A stretch of 32,000 nt of DNA, from positions 1 through 32,000 of the forward strand of contig JAWOFX010000089.1 of assembly GCA_046497275.1 (NCBI GenBank), written 5' to 3'. This stretch comes from Promethearchaeia archaeon. GTDB taxonomy: Archaea; Asgardarchaeota; Lokiarchaeia; Sigyniarchaeales; SOKP01. Under the pieces are notes generated by a model, which saw only the letters and a program-made list of their open reading frames with translations, was not told where the DNA came from and made no database searches. Both the position numbers and the translations under genes were made by a program. Positions 27,555 through 32,000 of this stretch are shown piece after piece; positions within the stretch are counted from its first letter, which is position 1; every line of letters starts with the position of its first letter.

Positions 27555-28760
27555 ATGAAATTAAAATTAATCCCGCTTAAAAAATCGGTTATTGTGGGAG
27601 ATAAATTGCCCATACAAGCGATTTTCAACTTTGAGGAACAAACAGATTTATTTTGGAGCGGGATTCGTTTACTTACATCCCCGCCTTGTAGTAAAAATCT
27701 GCAAATTACTAAAAAAGAGATTTTCTCTAAAGGTCTTTTTGAACCCGGAGAGTATATTAGGGAAAAAGCAATCACGATTAAAAATAATGTAGTTCCAACG
27801 ATAGAGAAGCGAAATTTGGACTACAGAATTGAATTATTATTAAGAACACCAAATCCAGTTAATCCAGATGAAGATATTATTATTAAAAAAAATGAAGACA
27901 TTAAAATTAAGCCTAAAAAAACAGACACTAAGAAAAAACCTAGTCCTCTCTCATTCTCAATTTCTGGATTGAATGTTAATTTAAGGAAAGATGTATTTAA
28001 ACCAGGAGAAACTATAAAAATAAATTATACTTCAGAAGGATTAAGAGAAATTGAATTTAGACTCCTTCAAGAAGCAAATTTAATTTGTCATTGTGAACAA
28101 TACGGAAAAAATTGTCAACAAGTTGAAAATTTACCTCCAGCGATTGCGGGGGATGTGAAGACAAAATCAAATACAGAACAAGGATATCTTCTGTTGAAAG
28201 TGCCCGAGGTTGCGGAACCAAGTCACAACTATTTATGGGAGCCTTCTGAAAAAGAGCACTGGGGTGTAAAATATGGAGATTATTCTAAATGGTCCTTATT
28301 AGTAATCGGAAGAAAAATGTCAGGAAAAGAACCTATAAAATTTGATTTACCGATAACTATCAGTTCTGAAATTGTAGAAGAGGAAGAAGCTGAAGCTGAT
28401 TTATTTTCAGGAAGTCCATCTGAAGCTCCCTCTGTTTTTGAGAGTATGTCATCTAAATTGAAAAAAGATTTTCAAATAGATTCAATTGATTTAGTAAGTG
28501 CAGAAGATCATGAGATAAAAAAGTATAAAGTATTAATTAAAAATAATTCAAATGAAGATCTTGAAGGCGCCACTGTAAAATTAACCGGACTTCAAGAAGG
28601 ATTGTTTGAAACGGCCCCCTATTTATTTGGATATAATAAATGGAAAAGTGGCAAAGAAAATGAGATCATGTATGAAACAAAGCAAGAAATCACGGCACTT
28701 GTCGCAAATATAGAAGATAATTCTCAAAAGAAAATTAGACTTCAAAAACCTATTAATTAA
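27555..28760 (+). CDS. Arrestin/Vps26/Spo0M-like beta-sandwich protein with a third C-terminal domain
   Basis: Two beta-rich halves with arrestin-like motifs (PGEY...VPT...Y; LRKDVFKPGETIKI...L.Q...L.VP...PS...W.L.V...LPITI), then an acidic linker and an extra domain. Confidence 0.55.
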   Translation: MKLKLIPLKKSVIVGDKLPIQAIFNFEEQTDLFWSGIRLLTSPPCSKNLQITKKEIFSKGLFEPGEYIREKAITIKNNVVPTIEKRNLDYRIELLLRTPNPVNPDEDIIIKKNEDIKIKPKKTDTKKKPSPLSFSISGLNVNLRKDVFKPGETIKINYTSEGLREIEFRLLQEANLICHCEQYGKNCQQVENLPPAIAGDVKTKSNTEQGYLLLKVPEVAEPSHNYLWEPSEKEHWGVKYGDYSKWSLLVIGRKMSGKEPIKFDLPITISSEIVEEEEAEADLFSGSPSEAPSVFESMSSKLKKDFQIDSIDLVSAEDHEIKKYKVLIKNNSNEDLEGATVKLTGLQEGLFETAPYLFGYNKWKSGKENEIMYETKQEITALVANIEDNSQKKIRLQKPIN

Positions 28761-28941
28761 ATTCTTGCGATTAATAGATTAACACACTAATTTTCATCTA
28801 AATTATTTTGTTTATTATATGTAAAGACAGAAATATGAAATCTAGGACTTCTACTATTAAGTAAATGGTTTAAATCCCGATTGATATATGATATAATTTT
28901 GTAAACAGAAGAAATTTATTTCTCTATTCTCTATAATAACT

Positions 28942-29760
28942 ATGTCGCAGAAGATAGATAAAGATTTAATGTATTCTTATTACCTAGAAGATCCTAAAAT
29001 TCAATCTATTGAGCGAAAATTGGATCAAATCAAAGTCCAATATTTTTATTTTAATAAGAGTTTGGAGATTTCAACTAAATCAAATGAAGTTTTAAATGGG
29101 TGTTTATTAGAAGGCGCTACTAAACTCAAATATGAAAAAGAATCTTATGATTTTAGCCGATTCGATTTCTTTTTTTTACCTCCCGAAAAAAAATTAAGAA
29201 TAGAAATAGAGTCAGATTCCCATAAAGATAATAAAATCTGTTTAGTTTATAGTAAAATCAAAAAAAAAAGAGAAGTTGAGTTTGAATTAAAGCATTTTGA
29301 TTTAACTAATTTTATTTCCAGAGGTGAATTAGCATCATCAGATAGAATTGCAACTTATAGAACTGTTTGGACTGCAATTAAGAATGGATATTATATGTCA
29401 GGATTTACAAATATCCCAAATAAAGCTTTAAAACAAGGAGTATTAACTAGTGTAAATCTTGTTGAGAATAAATCAGGGGAATTAGAAATATATCCTCATA
29501 TTCATCCAGGATTTCCAGAAGTCTATATTTATTGTATATCCAATGAGAAAGTTGCTATAACTCAATACATAATAAATGAGAATGGCTTTTCTATTTGCCG
29601 AGATCTAAGAAATGGGGATGGGCTTTTTTTTCCAGGTAATTATGGGCACATAAATTTTGCTAAACCCGTATATAAAGAATTAGAATTTTGTATGTACATG
29701 TGGATAATTCCAACCTTAGGACTGAAAGATAATATCGAACCAATAACTCTTAGAATCTAA
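28942..29760 (+). CDS. Cupin-fold protein, probably IolB/KduI-like sugar-acid isomerase
   Basis: YPHIHPGFPEVYIY metal motif, FFPGNYGH second His and DFFFLPP in a first cupin-like half. Confidence 0.55.
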   Translation: MSQKIDKDLMYSYYLEDPKIQSIERKLDQIKVQYFYFNKSLEISTKSNEVLNGCLLEGATKLKYEKESYDFSRFDFFFLPPEKKLRIEIESDSHKDNKICLVYSKIKKKREVEFELKHFDLTNFISRGELASSDRIATYRTVWTAIKNGYYMSGFTNIPNKALKQGVLTSVNLVENKSGELEIYPHIHPGFPEVYIYCISNEKVAITQYIINENGFSICRDLRNGDGLFFPGNYGHINFAKPVYKELEFCMYMWIIPTLGLKDNIEPITLRI

Positions 29761-30357
29761 TTAAGCTGGATTTGCCACTAAATTTCTACGATACAAACTC
29801 TCTAAAATCATTTTTAAGTTATCTTCAAATGTATCTAATATTCCTTCAGAGCTTATTGCAATAGTATATTTCCAGTCAATATTATCATATCGTCTATAAT
29901 TAATTTCTTCCAAAAATTGATTAGAATCAAATTTTTCTGGTAAATCCTGCTTATTGAAGGTGATAATTTTAGCTATTTTATTAAAAGATTCTATATCAAA
30001 ATAGCTAAGTAATTCTTTCCAAGAAATTAAATTTCTATAATACGCTTTTTTTTGAGAATCTACAACAAAAATAATTCCATCAACAGCTCTTAGTACTGTG
30101 GGACGAGTGACTAAATAAAAATCTTGCCCAGTCGTGGTATAGAGATAAATTTTTAAAGCCCATTTTTCATTTTGAAAAGATATCGTCCCAAAATCAAAAT
30201 ATAGGGTTCTTCCTATAGTACTTTCAATACTTTTTACATTCGCCTTTTTTCCGAAATGATTAAACAGAGCTTTTAAGGATGTCGTTTTTCCTGACATCGC
30301 AGGTCCGTAATAAACGATTTTAATTTGGATATTTTTTTCAAATTGATTAATTATCAT
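29761..30357 (-). CDS. mglA: MglA-like small GTPase
   Basis: KIVYYGPAMSGKTT, RTLYFDF, TTTGQ, L...DGIIFVVDSQ, NKQDLP. Confidence 0.8.
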   Translation of the reverse strand: MIINQFEKNIQIKIVYYGPAMSGKTTSLKALFNHFGKKANVKSIESTIGRTLYFDFGTISFQNEKWALKIYLYTTTGQDFYLVTRPTVLRAVDGIIFVVDSQKKAYYRNLISWKELLSYFDIESFNKIAKIITFNKQDLPEKFDSNQFLEEINYRRYDNIDWKYTIAISSEGILDTFEDNLKMILESLYRRNLVANPA

Positions 30358-30465
30358 TTTAAATATATTTGATATTTTATAATAGATTTTGACTAATCTA
30401 TAAAAATCCCACCGAATCAGATTAAAATTAAAAAATAATAATAAAAAAAGTAAAAATTTAGTTAA

Positions 30466-31059
30466 TTATACTTCTCTCCATTTCTTACGCAAATAATAGA
30501 TTCCTGCGATTAATGCGGGGATGCCTATTATAATTAATATCCAAAATGCTGACCATAATATCTTTTGAATCCAGTATACATATGGAAGAGCTCCAATATC
30601 CGTCCAGAGATTTCCTTCAATGGTGATAATTATTAAGAATGCTATAAAGACAAAAAGTCCAAAAGCTCCGCTTGCGGCTCCTCCTTTGTCTTTTATTTTC
30701 TCTTCTCTCCTTTCTCTTTCTCTAAATTGCTCTTTTTCCGATTCATCAAGTAGCAGCCCCCACCAAATTCCCCAAGTAATACCCATATAAGCTATTGTGG
30801 GAAGTATGACAATCAAAAACTCCCATAAGGCTACCGTTAAAAACCATAGAATAATATCTCCTATAGAAAAATCGCCTATTGACGCTGATCCATAGTTGCC
30901 GATTGCTGATTTCTCGATTACAAGAAAAAGTGTTAGAATAATACCAATGATTGCCCCGATTATTCCAAGTATAAATACGAGTCCAACTTTCCAATGTTTT
31001 TTCAGCATTAGTTTAATAAATGTCCAATCTTCTTTTTCGATTTCGCTCATTTTATTCAC
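30466..31059 (-). CDS. Hypothetical 4-TM membrane protein
   Basis: Four long hydrophobic segments with a highly charged central loop (ESEKEQFRERERREEK). Confidence 0.75.
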   Translation of the reverse strand: MNKMSEIEKEDWTFIKLMLKKHWKVGLVFILGIIGAIIGIILTLFLVIEKSAIGNYGSASIGDFSIGDIILWFLTVALWEFLIVILPTIAYMGITWGIWWGLLLDESEKEQFRERERREEKIKDKGGAASGAFGLFVFIAFLIIITIEGNLWTDIGALPYVYWIQKILWSAFWILIIIGIPALIAGIYYLRKKWREV

Positions 31060-31204
31060 TTATTAAATTTTTTTTTAATTTATTTAAGATTTATTGGAAT
31101 GCATTAAGATTAAAGTTTCTTTGATAAATAAAAATTGTTTATTAAAAAGATAAGTGGAGACCGAATTTTAAATATGTAGAAAAATATAGCTATGAAAAAT
31201 TAAC

Positions 31205-31585
31205 TCATTGGAAAATTAATGAATCATTTTCTATTTTGTAAGGAATTTTATTTCTTAGAATAAGTAATTCGATTTCCCTTCTTAAAATTCCCGGCTTAAG
31301 GGTGATGTTTTGTTCCTTTTCTAAAATCTTTGATAATTTATCAAACGTTATTGAACCTCTTTCTTTAGATGTATCATCTAAAACCTCTAATACCCGAGTT
31401 TGATTAAGTAAAGACTCCGAATTAGAAATTAATTGGTATAATTTATGAGTTAACGAATAATCAAATTCACCTTTTTTTTCAATCTCCTTTAGTTTATATA
31501 AAATATTCAGAGCGTCCACATATTTTTCTTCTGCCATTAGATCTTGAGCTTTTCCTAAACGCTCAATAAATTCTTTAGAATCCAT
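31205..31585 (-). CDS. Small helical-hairpin plus winged-helix protein, PCI-like
   Basis: TPR-like N-terminal helix pair; C-terminal SITFDKLSKIL...EIELLI....I..KI....L.F pattern. Confidence 0.5.
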   Translation of the reverse strand: MDSKEFIERLGKAQDLMAEEKYVDALNILYKLKEIEKKGEFDYSLTHKLYQLISNSESLLNQTRVLEVLDDTSKERGSITFDKLSKILEKEQNITLKPGILRREIELLILRNKIPYKIENDSLIFQ

Positions 31586-31789
31586 TTTTAGGCTATAATT
31601 TACTTGTTTTTTTTATATTGAATATGTATGCGTAATTCAAGAGTGTTTTAATTTTTATAATATTAATTAAATCACAAATTATATTGATATAAATAACTAT
31701 TTTGAATAAATATTCCATATTATATAAATAAAAGATTTAAAGTGTTGTTTAATTTAATTTAATTAAATAATAAAAAGTTGTGATTTAAA

Positions 31790-32000
31790 ATGGTAAATAA
31801 AGAAAAAGTAAGAGAAGTTATTGATAAGATAAGACCTTCTTTACAGAGAGATGGTGGAGACGTAGAATTGTTAGAAATAACTGATGATGGAATTGTCAAA
31901 GTACGTCTACAAGGAGCTTGTCATGGTTGTCCTCATGCAACAGTAACATTAAAGCAAGGGATCGAACGCGCTATAAAAACTTACGTTACAGGAATCAAAG
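31790..32000 (+). CDS. NifU C-terminal/Nfu-type Fe-S carrier, 3' end runs off the window (not in the ORF track)
   Basis: [27 protein letters not shown]...[22 protein letters not shown]: RP.L..DGGD and GACxGCP hallmarks. Confidence 0.93.
   Translation, partial: MVNKEKVREVIDKIRPSLQRDGGDVELLEITDDGIVKVRLQGACHGCPHATVTLKQGIERAIKTYVTGIK

Noticed and set aside
273-30994. Short track ORFs overlapping real genes (273-521, 1600-1857, 1722-2066, 11419-11709, 12974-13219, 13024-13212, 18336-18572, 18948-19136, 19145-19420, 22091-22294, 23941-24207, 24522-24704, 25095-25364, 25485-25904, 26697-26924, 26725-26946, 27542-27775, 27592-27792, 30746-30994)
   Set aside because: They are antisense or off-frame shadows of well-supported genes, with no motifs of their own.
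1-32000. Genome-wide UGA reassignment (Trp or Gly code)
   Set aside because: Trp is encoded by TGG throughout, TGA ends several full-length genes (11234, 15621, 18332), and internal TGAs occur only at Cys-equivalent sites.
1-32000. CRISPR array, tRNA/rRNA, IS or transposase, integrase
   Set aside because: No regularly spaced repeats, no GC-rich cloverleaf or rRNA-like tracts, and no transposase or recombinase motifs were seen by eye. A tRNAscan/Infernal run would be needed to exclude small RNAs.

Overview
AT-rich (roughly 30% GC by eye), gene-dense archaeal window. The gene content points to an Asgard archaeon, probably Lokiarchaeia-like (inference): Rag-like and MglA-like small GTPases, a longin-like membrane protein, an arrestin-fold protein and a eukaryote-type SECIS. 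The centrepiece is a minus-strand redox cluster at 10792-20730: hdrA(Sec x3) - mvhD(Sec x2) - SECIS - FrhB-family - FrhB-family - HdrD-like - large hdrA(Cys) - mvhD(Cys). The ORF track breaks the first two genes into fragments. Read through, they contain five in-frame TGA codons, each at a position that is Cys in the paralogues in this same window. A single AUGA/GA kink-turn-type SECIS lies directly behind the mvhD stop. The HdrD/large-HdrA junction has no standard start codon and looks like a -1 frameshift, an ATA start or a sequencing indel. The rest of the window holds an OYE flavin oxidoreductase, sugar isomerases, an MFS transporter, two DUF998-like membrane proteins, a HEAT-repeat protein, a third FrhB-family gene, a vapBC pair with operator palindromes, a HAD hydrolase and partial genes at both edges. 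I found no rRNA, tRNA, CRISPR array or IS element. All family assignments come from motif recognition by eye, not database searches.
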